Shown: positions 28,807-39,659, counted from the first letter of the stretch. The stretch is DNA of 64,000 bases from Candidatus Multivoradales bacterium (GCA_965223325.1 CBDCWI010000002.1:3328001-3392000), one strand, 5' to 3'. The notes: generated from the letters alone by a model not told the origin. Made by a program: numbers and translations.

Positions 28807-30345
28807 CTAGGCCTCGACCTGCGCTTCGGGGTTCTCGGCGAGGTAACGCTCGAGAACCTTGTCGAAGGCCACATCGAGCTTCTCGTGCAGTTCGTCGGAC
28901 ACCTTCTTGGTCGCCGTGATCTCATCGCGCAGCTCCTTGCCCTCTTCGCCGAAGTAGCGGTGCATCTCGGCTTCGAAGGGACTCACGTGGGCCACTTCGA
29001 GCCCATCGAGCTTGCCTTTGGCACCCGCGATGATCGACAGGACCTGATCTTCGATCGCCAAGGGCTGATACTGGCCCTGCTTGAGAATCTCGACCAGTCG
29101 TTCACCGCGCGCCAGCTGCGCCTGAGTGACTGCATCGAGGTCCGACCCGAGCTGCGCAAAGGCTGCCAGGTTGCGATACTGCGCCAGGTCGAGGCGCAGG
29201 GTTCCTGAGTTCTTTCGCATCGCTGGGCTCTGCGCGTTTCCGCCGACGCGGCTGACCGAGATACCGACGTTGACCGCCGGCCGAACGCCGGCACTGAAGA
29301 GGTCGCTCTCGAGATAGATCTGGCCGTCGGTGATCGAGATCACGTTGGTCGGAATGTAGGCCGAGACGTCGCCCGCCTGCGTCTCGATGATCGGCAGAGC
29401 AGTCAGCGACCCGCCCCCATTGGCATCGGAGAGCTTGGCGGCGCGCTCGAGGAGACGGGAATGCAGGTAGAAGACGTCACCGGGGTAGGCCTCGCGACCC
29501 GGCGGACGGCGCAGGAGCAGAGAAACCTCACGGTAAGCGGCGGCCTGCTTGGAGAGATCGTCGTAGATCACCAGAGCGTGTTGGCCGTTGTACATGAAGT
29601 ACTCGCCCATCGCCGCGCCAGCGTAGGGAGCGATGTACTGGAGCGGCGCGGGCTCCGAGGCCGAGGCCACGACGACGATGGTGTGGTCCATCGCACCGTG
29701 ATCCTGCAGCCGCTGCACCACCTGGGCGACGGTCGAGCGCTTCTGCCCGATCGCAACGTAGATACAGAAAACGCCCTCGCCCTTCTGGTTGATGATCGCA
29801 TCGACCGCCACCGCGGTCTTGCCGGTCTGGCGATCGCCGATGATCAGCTCACGCTGACCGCGACCAACAGGGATCATCGAGTCGATCGACTTGATACCAG
29901 TCTGAATGGGCTCCGAAACTGGCTGGCGATCAATGACACCGGGCGCCAGGCGCTCCATCGGGTAGTGGTCGGCGGCTTCGATCGGCCCCTTGCCGTCGAC
30001 CGGGCGACCCAGCGGATCGACGACGCGGCCAACCATGTTCGGACCTACCGGCACTTCCATGACGCGACCGGTCCGGCGCACCTCGTCACCTTCCTGAATG
30101 AGCCGCGACTCACCCATGAGAACCGCACCGACCTGGTCCTGCTCGAGGTTGAGCGCCAGACCGTACACATCGTTCGGGAAGGCGAGCATCTCGCCGGCCA
30201 TGACCTTTTCGAGACCATAGATACGGGCGATGCCGTCGCCGACGCTCAGGACCGTGCCGACTTCTGAAATGTCGACGTCCGCTTCATAGCCCGCGAGCTG
30301 TCGTTCGAGGATCGCCGCAATCTCGTCGGCTCTCACATCAACCAT
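28807..30345 (-). CDS. atpA: ATP synthase F1 alpha subunit
   Basis: [29 protein letters not shown]. Confidence 0.98.
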   Translation of the reverse strand: MVDVRADEIAAILERQLAGYEADVDISEVGTVLSVGDGIARIYGLEKVMAGEMLAFPNDVYGLALNLEQDQVGAVLMGESRLIQEGDEVRRTGRVMEVPVGPNMVGRVVDPLGRPVDGKGPIEAADHYPMERLAPGVIDRQPVSEPIQTGIKSIDSMIPVGRGQRELIIGDRQTGKTAVAVDAIINQKGEGVFCIYVAIGQKRSTVAQVVQRLQDHGAMDHTIVVVASASEPAPLQYIAPYAGAAMGEYFMYNGQHALVIYDDLSKQAAAYREVSLLLRRPPGREAYPGDVFYLHSRLLERAAKLSDANGGGSLTALPIIETQAGDVSAYIPTNVISITDGQIYLESDLFSAGVRPAVNVGISVSRVGGNAQSPAMRKNSGTLRLDLAQYRNLAAFAQLGSDLDAVTQAQLARGERLVEILKQGQYQPLAIEDQVLSIIAGAKGKLDGLEVAHVSPFEAEMHRYFGEEGKELRDEITATKKVSDELHEKLDVAFDKVLERYLAENPEAQVEA

Positions 30346-30516
30346 CGTTCCACTCCGTGATCATGCTGCAGCTCTTCTTCGAGAAGACTGCTTTCGAGGG
30401 CGCGTTGGTCGCCATCACGAAAACCGTCTTCCCCGTCTTGGAGTGCTGCGTATCGTTACCTTGAGGGTGTTCTTCTCTTCAAATCGTAGGAGGTTCCAAA
30501 AGAACCTGGAGGACCT

Positions 30517-31053
30517 TCAATCCCCCTCTGCCATGCTGGTTTCGAGGCGATCCAACTGACCGCGCAAACTGACGTCATAGCGGTCGGACCCGACCTGGAC
30601 CACGAAACCACCGAGTAGATCTTCGTCGACCTCGACCGCAAGCCGAACCCTGCGGTCGAGCTTTCGTGACAGCACGTCGGCCAAGCGACTCTTCTGCGAC
30701 TCGCTCAAAGCGTGCGCGCTGGTGACCAGCGTTCTGACGACCCCGGCCTCGCGGTCGAGCAGGTCGTCGACGACGGTCAGAATGTCGGAGAGGTGAGTCA
30801 AGCGATAGTTCGACAGCAAAAGGTCGACGAAACTCTTCGCCTGCTCACCGAGACCGAGTTGCTGAGCCACGTCGGCGGTGACCTTCTTCTTCGTGTGCAT
30901 CGGAATACCCGGGTTGCCGACCATGCGGGCCAGCGCCGGAACCTTGGTCATCGCCTCTTCGAAGCTGGCCAGCTCAGCACGCACCACCTGCGTTTCACCG
31001 CCGGGGGTCGTGCGCAAGAGGGCCTGAGCGTAGGGTCTGGCGAAGGCACTCAT
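30517..31053 (-). CDS. atpH: ATP synthase delta subunit
   Basis: ARPYAQAL start; DEDLLGGFVVQVG...DVSLRGQL. Confidence 0.92.
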   Translation of the reverse strand: MSAFARPYAQALLRTTPGGETQVVRAELASFEEAMTKVPALARMVGNPGIPMHTKKKVTADVAQQLGLGEQAKSFVDLLLSNYRLTHLSDILTVVDDLLDREAGVVRTLVTSAHALSESQKSRLADVLSRKLDRRVRLAVEVDEDLLGGFVVQVGSDRYDVSLRGQLDRLETSMAEGD

Positions 31054-31649
31054 TGAATGGCCTCCTTCTCGAGCCGCGCCAGCGCCTCATCGAACAAGCG
31101 ATCCCGCTGTGGGCCGTCGAGCTCTCTTTGCAGGTGCTCGGCCGCGAGAGTCGCCGCCAGTGAGGCGGCCTTGCGCTGGAGCTTCTCGCGCGCCGCCGCG
31201 ACGCTGCTTTCGATCTCATCTCGGGTCTGGGCAAGCAAGCGCTCTTTCTGCTTCTCGGTGTCCGCCAGGATTTCGTCTCGCTCCTGTTCGGCGGCCCGGC
31301 GACTGTGGTCGAGCATGTCGTCAACCTCTTGGCGCAGCGCGTCGATGCGGCTCTCGAGGGTCGACTGCATCTCAGCCGCTTCGCGACGCTGTTCACGCAC
31401 CAGCGCGAAGTCTTCCGTGATTCGCTGTCCGCGGCGCTCGAGCGCGCGGCGCACAGGAGGACCGGCGAAGTAGAACAGCCCGCCCCAGAACACGACGAGA
31501 TTGAGGGTCAGCCAGATCCAGGTCGGCAAGCCGAGAAAGTGTGACCGCGTCGGTATCCCTTCCGCAGCGAATACGGGTGTCACCACGAAGAGCGAGAGCC
31601 CGGTAAGAAACGCTGCGCGAACCGCAGAATCGAGACGCAATCGCTTCAT
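31050..31649 (-). CDS. atpF: ATP synthase F0 subunit b
   Basis: TM segment + charged coiled coil; ATGA overlaps with its neighbours. Confidence 0.85.
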   Translation of the reverse strand: MKRLRLDSAVRAAFLTGLSLFVVTPVFAAEGIPTRSHFLGLPTWIWLTLNLVVFWGGLFYFAGPPVRRALERRGQRITEDFALVREQRREAAEMQSTLESRIDALRQEVDDMLDHSRRAAEQERDEILADTEKQKERLLAQTRDEIESSVAAAREKLQRKAASLAATLAAEHLQRELDGPQRDRLFDEALARLEKEAIQ

Positions 31650-32089
31650 GCGCGCTCCCCCAGCAGGCGACGCGAAGCCGCCTGGCCAATCTCGTGGGCG
31701 CGGGCGTCGAGGGCCGTTGTCTCACGGTCGATGGTTGCGCCGAGTTCCGAGCGCGCCTTGCTCAGCAGGCGGTCTGACTCGGCCTTGGCCTCGCCGAGAA
31801 CCGTCGAGCGGTGCTCGAGTGCGGCACCCCGAATCTCTTCGCGTTTGGAACGCGCTTCGAGACGGGCGTCTGCCAGGCGCACTCGTTCTTCCTGAATTCG
31901 GGCCTCGACTTCGGCCGTGGTGCCTTCCCAGGCACTGCGCGCGTCATCGATGTCGCGGCGGCGCTCCTCGAGCACCCTCATGACCGGAATCACGAAGAAG
32001 TTCCGAATGATGAAGTACGCGACCCAAAACAGCGCCGCGACGACGAAGAAGCTGCGGTCGATTCCGAGACCGGTTAGGAGTTGTTCCAC
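31646..32089 (-). CDS. ATP synthase F0 subunit b'
   Basis: N-terminal TM, P...VLEERR, coiled coil; first gene of the operon. Confidence 0.85.
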   Translation of the reverse strand: MEQLLTGLGIDRSFFVVAALFWVAYFIIRNFFVIPVMRVLEERRRDIDDARSAWEGTTAEVEARIQEERVRLADARLEARSKREEIRGAALEHRSTVLGEAKAESDRLLSKARSELGATIDRETTALDARAHEIGQAASRRLLGERA

Positions 32090-32289
32090 GAGGTTTGGCC
32101 CGCGGGTTCCCGTTCAAATGATCAGAACGCCGAATGATCAAGAACGACTGGGGACCCGAAGAAAGACGTTGGGGTTTTGATTGGCTGGGGACTGGAGAGG
32201 GCTCGACTGAAAGCAAAGCGACGGAAAGGCCGAACCGCTACCTGGAAGGCGAGCTGGGACCTACCGAAAACCCGTCCAGAGGCGGCCGT

Positions 32290-32318
32290 AACCTAACACG
32301 CTGCCCCATGGGGCGCAA
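32290..32318 (-). promoter_or_regulatory. Probable atp operon promoter (extended -10)
   Basis: TTGCGC - 17 nt - TAGGTT with TGn extension; implies a ~195-nt leader. Confidence 0.55.
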
Positions 32319-32382
32319 CGAATCGGGCCATCTGTAAGGCCTTTGTCTCCGACCGCGGAAGCGGTTATCGGGGCATGCCTAA

Positions 32383-33060
32383 CTATCGGCGAGCTGTCAC
32401 CGAGGCACTCCAGCGGTCGGCCAGGGAGCGGGGGCCCGAAAAGAGCACCAGCGGCACCCCGAGAAACGCCGCCGTCAGGACGGCCGCCAGCCAGCGCTTC
32501 ACACACTGCCCCCCGGTCAAGGAGTCGCCGCCATCGTCGAGGGCGATCAGGCGCGCCACCATCATGCCCGGTGTTCGACCCCAGAAGGCCAGTGAAAACA
32601 CCAGGTAAACGAACGAAAGCACGAGCAAGAAACCCACCGGCCCCGCCCAGGCCCTGGCGGGAAGAGCGCCCGGGCTCGCCCCGGCCAGCAGGAGACCCAG
32701 CGCCACGATCAGGCCCAGAACACCGAGGTCGAGGAGACCCGCGAGCAAGCGATTCGACCGCGTCACCGCTGGCGCGTCCCGGGGGGTGACTTCGCGCACA
32801 CCTTCGTCACCGGCCGGTCCGCCCGCGAGAGGATCGGAGGCGACCGCCGGCGGAGCCTCGGCCGCAACATCCCCAGAACGCGCCGATCGGTAGTCGGCGA
32901 ACAGATCGAGGTTCCGTGGATCCCCGGCGCGTCCTCCACCATCTGGACCGGCCGATCTTTGTTCACCAGGCTCGCCCTCAGGGGCGAGAGCCGGGTCTTC
33001 GCGGCCCGAAAGCGGCAGGTCGAGTAGCTCCTGGGAGACCTGGTGCTTTCTGGAACTCAC
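32383..33060 (-). CDS. RDD family membrane protein
   Basis: RLLAGLLD, GRTPGM and LADRWS motifs after a low-complexity N-terminus. Confidence 0.82.
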   Translation of the reverse strand: MSSRKHQVSQELLDLPLSGREDPALAPEGEPGEQRSAGPDGGGRAGDPRNLDLFADYRSARSGDVAAEAPPAVASDPLAGGPAGDEGVREVTPRDAPAVTRSNRLLAGLLDLGVLGLIVALGLLLAGASPGALPARAWAGPVGFLLVLSFVYLVFSLAFWGRTPGMMVARLIALDDGGDSLTGGQCVKRWLAAVLTAAFLGVPLVLFSGPRSLADRWSASVTARR

Positions 33061-33102
33061 TTTCAGCCCCTTCGAGGTCTGGAGTGTCTGTGTTGGCCGG
33101 CC

Positions 33103-34962
33103 TTACCTGCGGTAGCCGATCTGCTCTACGAAGATGTCGAAGAGAGTATCGCGACGTCGCCCATCGTACCCCTTGCAGAGCTCGACGACTCGCTCGACGG
33201 TCGGATCGCTGCGGAGCTTGGCGGCTTCGTTGAAGTTCTCGAGAGCAACGTCGACCCGTCCGCGACGAAGGTCGCGAACACCCAGATTGAAATAGCTGTC
33301 GACCAACAGCCGTTCGACGTCACGGTTGGTCTCATCTTCCTGGCGCATGCGCCAGAGGACCGGCACCAACCGCTCCCAGTCCCCCTGCATGAACAGATCG
33401 ATCTGCTGCTTGATGGGCACCAGCTGGCGACGCGAGTCGTCGTAGAGGTCGGCCGCGGTGCCATCGAGAGTCGCTATGCGGTTGGCGGCCCGGAACCTCT
33501 TGGCGGCCTCGAAGTAGCGATTCTGGTTATAAAGAGAGCGGGCTTGCTCGACAAGCGCGTCACGCTCGGCAAGCCGTACCTCGTCGCTCACGCCGTCATC
33601 TTCGGGCGGCGGGTCGTCCAGCTCGGCCTCGAGCTCGGCCTTCCATTCTGCAAGTTGCTTCTTGGCGCGCGCATACTCCGGATGGTCGCGCTCGACGCGC
33701 TCGAGGTGACCGAGTGCCATCTCCTGCTCGCCGTTCTCCCACAGCGTCACCGCGGCCTCGACAGGATCGCTCTTCGGCGGCTTCTTCTTCTTGCCACGGT
33801 CGGCCTGCTCGGTGTTGTCTGAGTTGGGGAACAGTTGATCCTTGTTGGACCACAAGAAGTAGCCGCCGACACCGAGCAGAAGTGCAACCACTGCGGCGAT
33901 CAAGCGGAAGCGACCTTTCCCGGCACCCTTCTTGCCGGGAGCAGGCGCTTTGAGATCGCTACCCGCACCGTCAGGAAGCGGCGCATCCGGGTCGAAAACG
34001 CCCTCGGCAGATTCGAGGTCGTTGAGCTCACCTTCGACATCGGGAACCGCGAAATCGTCTTCGGGCATCAGGTCGGGCTCGCCCGAGTCGATGCGATCAA
34101 TCGCCTCGCGTGCCGCCAGGTGATCCGGGTCGACCTCGAGGACGCGCTCGAAGCCGGCCCGTGCCTCGTCGTTTCTGCCTGCCGCACGGTGCTCCGAGGC
34201 CTCGGCGAAAATCTCTTCGACCTTGCGCTCCGCTTCGTCCATGAGAGTCCGCGCCTCATCGATGCGCTTGGTCGCTTCGGCATGATCGATATCGATGAGG
34301 AAAATGCGCGACCAGGCATCGATCGCCGCCTGATAGTTGCCGCTCGCAAACGATGCCTGGCCCTCGGCGAGGAGCTCGCCGATACGATCGTCACCGTCAC
34401 CGTCCGGAGCGGCCGGGCTGGCTTCCGCCACCACCTCGAGTACCGGCTCGACGACGGCTTCTGCCATCGGGATCTCGGCGACCGGTTCGGCGACGGCTTC
34501 GACCAGGGGCATCGGTGGGTCACCCGGTTCGCCAGCGGACATGACTGGCTCGGCCATCGGCATCGGGTCAGTGGGCTCGCCGAGCCCCATCACTTCGTTG
34601 ATCTCCGCCGCCAGCGGATCCGCGCCAGGTGCGGGTCCCGGAGCAGCCATGGGTACCGCCTCGACCTCGATCGGCTGGGCCGCCTCCGGGGCAGCTGGAA
34701 CTGGTTCAGGGGTCTGAGCGGTCTGGCCCGCTTGACTGGGAAGGGGCAAAGCCTGCAGGCCGCTGAGGTCGCCGCCGCTCTGCAAGAGCTGTTGGAGCTC
34801 GGTCGCCGGGCTGAAGAGTGGGTCCAACTTGAGGATGAAGCCACAACCGAGCTCGGCTTCCTGCCCCCTTCCCTTGGCGGCCAGGTCCAAGGACTGGTTG
34901 TAGGTGGTGACGATGCGATCCTGGGTCTCGACACCGAGGGAGGGATTGCCGGAATAGCTCAT
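33103..34962 (-). CDS. TPR-containing bitopic membrane protein with Pro/Ala/Glu-rich linker
   Basis: TPR helices on both sides of a single TM (RLIAAVVALLLGVGGYFLW); start at MSYSGN. Confidence 0.8.
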   Translation of the reverse strand: MSYSGNPSLGVETQDRIVTTYNQSLDLAAKGRGQEAELGCGFILKLDPLFSPATELQQLLQSGGDLSGLQALPLPSQAGQTAQTPEPVPAAPEAAQPIEVEAVPMAAPGPAPGADPLAAEINEVMGLGEPTDPMPMAEPVMSAGEPGDPPMPLVEAVAEPVAEIPMAEAVVEPVLEVVAEASPAAPDGDGDDRIGELLAEGQASFASGNYQAAIDAWSRIFLIDIDHAEATKRIDEARTLMDEAERKVEEIFAEASEHRAAGRNDEARAGFERVLEVDPDHLAAREAIDRIDSGEPDLMPEDDFAVPDVEGELNDLESAEGVFDPDAPLPDGAGSDLKAPAPGKKGAGKGRFRLIAAVVALLLGVGGYFLWSNKDQLFPNSDNTEQADRGKKKKPPKSDPVEAAVTLWENGEQEMALGHLERVERDHPEYARAKKQLAEWKAELEAELDDPPPEDDGVSDEVRLAERDALVEQARSLYNQNRYFEAAKRFRAANRIATLDGTAADLYDDSRRQLVPIKQQIDLFMQGDWERLVPVLWRMRQEDETNRDVERLLVDSYFNLGVRDLRRGRVDVALENFNEAAKLRSDPTVERVVELCKGYDGRRRDTLFDIFVEQIGYRR

Positions 34963-35162
34963 GGGCGGGGGTCTCGCGGAGGGCTCTGGAGAGAGGGAGG
35001 AATCCGGCCCGAGAACGGCCGAAGGAATGGTGAGACTAGACCGGCTCCGAGGAGCCAGTCGCGAGGTATCATAGCAATCCGCTGTTTCTCGTACCAGCAC
35101 ACCCGCCCTCAGATCCTGCTCCCCGTCCTCCGCGACCCCCCGTTTATATAGTCCGCCCCGCC

Positions 35163-36632
35163 ATGCCTGCCGACTCGCCACCCCAATGCAACTCCCTGGA
35201 CATTTATCTGATCGCCATCGGCGGTACCGGCATGGCCCCGCTCGCCTGTCTTCTAGAGGGTCTGGGACACCAGGTGCGTGGATCGGACGGACCGCTCTAC
35301 CCGCCGATGAGCACGCTCCTCGAGGAGGCTGGAATCGAGCCACTCCTCGGACCTGATCCAACGAATCTGAAACCGGCGCCTGATCTGGTGATCGTCGGAA
35401 ACGCCGTCCATCGCAACAACCCCGAGGCGTTGGCCGTCGAGGCGAGCGGCGTGGAACGGATTTCGATGCCCGATGCCGTGGCGCGCTTTCTGCTCGAGAA
35501 TCGAACCTCGTTGGTGGTCGCGGGAACCCACGGCAAGACCACCACGACCTCGATGGCGGCAACCTGCCTCGAAATCCTCGGGCAGTCGCCCGGCTGGTTG
35601 ATCGGCGGCCGGCCGATCGATCTGCCGAGTAGCCACGCGTTGGGTGGAGACGGAAGCGCGTTCGTCATCGAGGGCGATGAGTACAACGCGGCGTACTTCG
35701 ATCGGGGCCCGAAGTTTCTTCACTATCAGGCCAAGGTGGCGATCATCACCAGCGTCGAGTACGACCACGCCGACCTCTACCCCGACGCGCTCTCCTTCCG
35801 CCGCGCCTTCCGTGACCTGGTGGTGTCGCTGCCGGCTGACGGCCACCTGGTTCTGTGTGTCGACACGCCAGAGCTCCGCGAGCTGGCCCAGTACGCACCC
35901 TGCCCCGTGACGACCTATAGCTTGACGTCGGCGAATAACACCAGCGACACGAGCGACACGACCGACGCCGAGGCCAGGCACGTGCAACCCAGCGGGGAGG
36001 TTCTGGTGCGCAATGGGGTCACGTCCTTTGAGATCGATGGCCCAGCAGGCGCCGCGCGTTTCGAAATCAAGGTCCCCGGTCGCCACAATTCGAGCAACGC
36101 GCTGGCGGTGTGGTGTGCACTTCGAGCGATGGGCCTCGAAGCACAGCCCATCGCCGATGCGCTGAGCCAGTTCCGAGGCGTCGCACGTCGGCTGCAAGAA
36201 CTCGGGCGGCCTAACGATGTCGTGGTCGTCGACGACTTCGCGCACCACCCGACGGCGGTCAAGGCCTCGCTCGAAGGTCTGCGGGCCCGCCACCCGGAGC
36301 GTCGACTGGTTGCGCTCATCGAGCCGCGAAGCCTGACCGCTGGCCGCGCCTTCCTCTTTGACGACTGGCTGGACGCTCTACAAGACGCCGACCACGTCTT
36401 GCTGGCGCCGATCTTCCACGCCAAACGGTTTCAACCCGAACAGCTGCTCGACCTGCCGAGATTGGCGCGCGAGGTCGGGAACCGTGGCGGGCTGGTAGAC
36501 GTTTGTGAGAGTACGGAGGAGCTCTACGAGCGCGCCCTCCTTCTCATCCGACCGGGAGATGTCGTCGTTACGATGACTTCCGGGGCCTTTGACGGCATTC
36601 CGGCGCGCCTTCTTCTGGACCTCGCCGAATGA
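35163..36632 (+). CDS. mpl: Murein peptide ligase (Mpl/MurC family)
   Basis: IAIGGTGM, YPPMST, AGTHGKTTT, EGDEY..AYFDRGPKFLHY, DDFAHHPT, EPRS. Confidence 0.88.
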   Translation: MPADSPPQCNSLDIYLIAIGGTGMAPLACLLEGLGHQVRGSDGPLYPPMSTLLEEAGIEPLLGPDPTNLKPAPDLVIVGNAVHRNNPEALAVEASGVERISMPDAVARFLLENRTSLVVAGTHGKTTTTSMAATCLEILGQSPGWLIGGRPIDLPSSHALGGDGSAFVIEGDEYNAAYFDRGPKFLHYQAKVAIITSVEYDHADLYPDALSFRRAFRDLVVSLPADGHLVLCVDTPELRELAQYAPCPVTTYSLTSANNTSDTSDTTDAEARHVQPSGEVLVRNGVTSFEIDGPAGAARFEIKVPGRHNSSNALAVWCALRAMGLEAQPIADALSQFRGVARRLQELGRPNDVVVVDDFAHHPTAVKASLEGLRARHPERRLVALIEPRSLTAGRAFLFDDWLDALQDADHVLLAPIFHAKRFQPEQLLDLPRLAREVGNRGGLVDVCESTEELYERALLLIRPGDVVVTMTSGAFDGIPARLLLDLAE

Positions 36633-36839
36633 AGCGCAGCAATTGACCGTGCCGGGTCGGAGGGCCTGCCGGGTGATCGATCCCGCGCGAAGGTAGAATC
36701 TCCCTTCCAATCGGCCCCGCACGTACCTCTGCCGAACCGAACCTCCTCGCACCTTGCGCCCCAGCTGAAACCCACAGCCCACGGGCCTTCTGAACGCTCC
36801 CCCTGGGAGACGCTTTCTACATTCGGAGCTTCCACCACC

Positions 36840-37877
36840 ATGCGACATCGCACGTTCTTCATTCTCGTTCTCGCTGCCCTTGCTGGCTCCCTACTTCTTG
36901 CCCAGGCAAAACCGAGCGCCTTCGTCGAATCGACGATCGTTGATCTGGGCGCGGCTCCGCGAGGCGAAATGCTCGAGGGCTCCTTCAAGATCGAGAACCG
37001 CGGCGACGCGCCGCTGGTCATTCGCGAGGTACGCGCCGCCTGCGCATGCACGGTGGTCGACTTCGACGAAGAAATCGCGCCCGGTGAATCAGGAACCGTC
37101 AGCTTCGAGCTCGACACGGCGACTCTGGTCGGCGCCTCTGTAAAGGCGATCAACGTCTACACCAACGACGCCGAGAAGCCGCGCATCGACCTTTCAATTC
37201 GCGTCGAGTCCGAGCCGTGGGTCGACGCTCAACCGGGCTACGTGCGCTACACCATCGTCCAGGGTTACGACGCCGAAGAGGCCGATTCGACGCTCCGCCA
37301 GGTGGTCTATGGCCGCGGTGGCGACTTCGCCATCGACGAGGTCGAGTCACCGCACGATTGGATCGAAACCAGCTTTCACGAAGCAGCCCCCGAAGAGCGC
37401 ATCGACCAGGCACCTGGCTCGCAATGGATCATCGAAACGCGGATCTCACCGGCCGCGCCGGTCGGGCCGATCACCGGCTACATCAACGCCAAGCTCCAGC
37501 ACCCCAAGCAGAGTGTGCTTCCGATTCCGGTGTCGGGGTTCGTGCGCCCGGTTTTCGCCGTCACCCCGCACGAGGGCCACTTCGGCACCATCACGCTGTT
37601 TAGAGACAAGCCCAACCGAGCCTCGTTCAAGGTGCAGAACTTCGCCACCGAAGGGATCGCAATCGAGAGCGTCGAACTCGTCCCACCCGTTCCGGGCATC
37701 GAAGCACGTGTCGACACTGAACAAGAAGGGCGTCTCTTCTACGCTGTTCTGCTGTTTGACCGCAGCACTCGCGGCTCCTCGTTCGAAGGCACCCTCAAGC
37801 TCGAGACCGACAGCCCCCGCAAGCCGGTGATCGAGATCCCGGTGTCAGGGCAGATCGCCGAAGAGTTCTCCGAGTGA
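36840..37877 (+). CDS. DUF1573-domain secreted Ig-like protein
   Basis: Signal peptide; F.IENRGDAPL.I..V..ACACT motif; repeated Ig-like modules. Confidence 0.8.
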   Translation: MRHRTFFILVLAALAGSLLLAQAKPSAFVESTIVDLGAAPRGEMLEGSFKIENRGDAPLVIREVRAACACTVVDFDEEIAPGESGTVSFELDTATLVGASVKAINVYTNDAEKPRIDLSIRVESEPWVDAQPGYVRYTIVQGYDAEEADSTLRQVVYGRGGDFAIDEVESPHDWIETSFHEAAPEERIDQAPGSQWIIETRISPAAPVGPITGYINAKLQHPKQSVLPIPVSGFVRPVFAVTPHEGHFGTITLFRDKPNRASFKVQNFATEGIAIESVELVPPVPGIEARVDTEQEGRLFYAVLLFDRSTRGSSFEGTLKLETDSPRKPVIEIPVSGQIAEEFSE

Positions 37878-37905
37878 CCTCGACGCCACCGTCGACGTTC
37901 TGAAG

Positions 37906-38733
37906 CTACGTCTTCGCCTTCGGAGCGCCCCAGAGCTCGGCTTCGTCGCGCGGCGGCGCGGCAGGCTGTGCGCCGCGCTCTGTTCTCTCGCGGACCATCG
38001 CCAGAGTTGGCGCCAGGGCCTCGCGTTGCATCTTGACAAGGGTCTCGATGCCTTCCATGCCCAGGTCGAGTAGCGCATCGAATTGGGCGCGGCTGATGTT
38101 GCCCCGCTCGGCGGTTGATTGCACTTCAACCAGCTCACTGCGCCCCGTTCCAACGACGTTCATGTCGACCCTGGCCGCGCTGTCCTCGACGTACTCGAGA
38201 TCGAGCAGGGGACGATCGGTCACCATGCCCACTGAAATCGCTGCGACTTCGTCCTGAACCGGCCACTGGTCGAGATCCCCGAGCTGGTAACTCTTCGCCA
38301 GGGCATCGACCAGGGCAACCCACGCACCAGTAATCGAAGCGGTTCTAGTACCTCCGTCGGCCTGCAAGACGTCGCAGTCAAGCGTCACGGTACGCTCGCC
38401 GAGCGCCTTCATGTCGACAGCAGCGCGCAGGGCGCGGCCGATCAGCCGTTGAATCTCAGAGGTGCGCCCCGAGGGGCGGCCGCGCGACACTTCGCGAGAC
38501 GAGCGGGTATGGGTCGCGCGCGGCAACATCGAATACTCCGCGGTGATCCAACCCAGCCCGCTGTCGTAGCGAAACGGTGGGACCCGGTTCTCGACGCTGG
38601 CAGAGACCAGCACGATCGTGTCGCCGAACGCCACGCGTGCCGAGCCCTCGGCGTACTTCATGACTCCAGTGTCGATCGACACCGGGCGGAGATCACGATC
38701 TCCGCGGCCACCTGGCCTTTTGTCATCACTCAT
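37906..38733 (-). CDS. rph: Ribonuclease PH
   Basis: AEYSMLPRAT, GRTSEIQRLIGRALR, CDVLQADGGTRTASITG; GGAAGGGG RBS. Confidence 0.96.
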   Translation of the reverse strand: MSDDKRPGGRGDRDLRPVSIDTGVMKYAEGSARVAFGDTIVLVSASVENRVPPFRYDSGLGWITAEYSMLPRATHTRSSREVSRGRPSGRTSEIQRLIGRALRAAVDMKALGERTVTLDCDVLQADGGTRTASITGAWVALVDALAKSYQLGDLDQWPVQDEVAAISVGMVTDRPLLDLEYVEDSAARVDMNVVGTGRSELVEVQSTAERGNISRAQFDALLDLGMEGIETLVKMQREALAPTLAMVRERTERGAQPAAPPRDEAELWGAPKAKT

Positions 38734-38777
38734 TGTCGCCCCTTCCTTTGGTCGGGCCCGTCTCTGATCGGAGCAGT

Positions 38778-39659
38778 CTACTGGCTCCTGTCGACCCATT
38801 CGATCCGCGTCGCCTCGACGACCCGCGCACCGAGAATCAACCTCGCGAGAGCCACGTGGCGATCACTCTGGTCGGTAAAGCAAAGCCGCAGGGGAGCGGT
38901 GTGCGCCGAGTTCCCCTCGTCGGCGCCATCCAGTCCTGGTTCTGAAATGCACTCGCGCACCGCCCCTGCCAAGCTGCGGGCCGAGTCGACGATCTCGACC
39001 TCTCTGCCCACGACCCTTTGCAGCAAGGGGGCGAGTAGGGGGTAGTGGGTACACCCCAGGACCAGGGTGTCCATCTTCCAATCGCAAAGTGGCGTTAGAT
39101 AGCGGCGGGCAATGGTTTCAGTGACCGGGTCGTCGAGCCATCCCTCTTCGACGAGGGGCACCAACAACGGGCAGGCGACGCTCGAGACTTCAACCTCCTC
39201 GACCGACTCCTCGACGATTGTCCGGGCGTAGGCGCCGGAGCGCACCGTCGCTTCGGTCGCGATGACTCCTACCCGTCCGCGCGTCGCCATGAGCGCCGCC
39301 TTTGCGCCCGGTCGAACAACGCCCCAGATCGGGAGGTTGCACTCGAGGGAATCAAGGGCAGTCGCCGACGCGGTGTTGCAGGCCACTACGACCGCCTTCG
39401 CTCCTTCCGCCTTCAGCCAGTCGACATTGGCCTGGCTGTACTGGGTCACGGTCTCGGGTGACTTCGTGCCATAGGGCAAACGTGCCGTGTCACCCAGGTA
39501 GAGAAGCGCCTCGCCAGGGAGCTCATCTCTGAGCGCCCGCACTACCAAGAGGCCCCCCACTCCGGAGTCGAACACCCCGATAGGCCGCGGATCGATTGCG
39601 GCTGGTGAAAACCGGTTCTCGAGGAACGCCTCCCGTACCGCGCTCAGCGAGCCACCCAA
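38778..39659 (-). CDS. murI: Glutamate racemase; start uncertain
   Basis: PIGVFDSGVGG, PYGTKS, VACNTA, LGCTHY. Confidence 0.95.
   Translation of the reverse strand: MGGSLSAVREAFLENRFSPAAIDPRPIGVFDSGVGGLLVVRALRDELPGEALLYLGDTARLPYGTKSPETVTQYSQANVDWLKAEGAKAVVVACNTASATALDSLECNLPIWGVVRPGAKAALMATRGRVGVIATEATVRSGAYARTIVEESVEEVEVSSVACPLLVPLVEEGWLDDPVTETIARRYLTPLCDWKMDTLVLGCTHYPLLAPLLQRVVGREVEIVDSARSLAGAVRECISEPGLDGADEGNSAHTAPLRLCFTDQSDRHVALARLILGARVVEATRIEWVDRSQ

Noticed and set aside
34963-35562. N-terminal extension of the 819-aa TPR ORF
   Set aside because: Overlaps mpl on the opposite strand and reads as non-coding translation; start placed at 34962.
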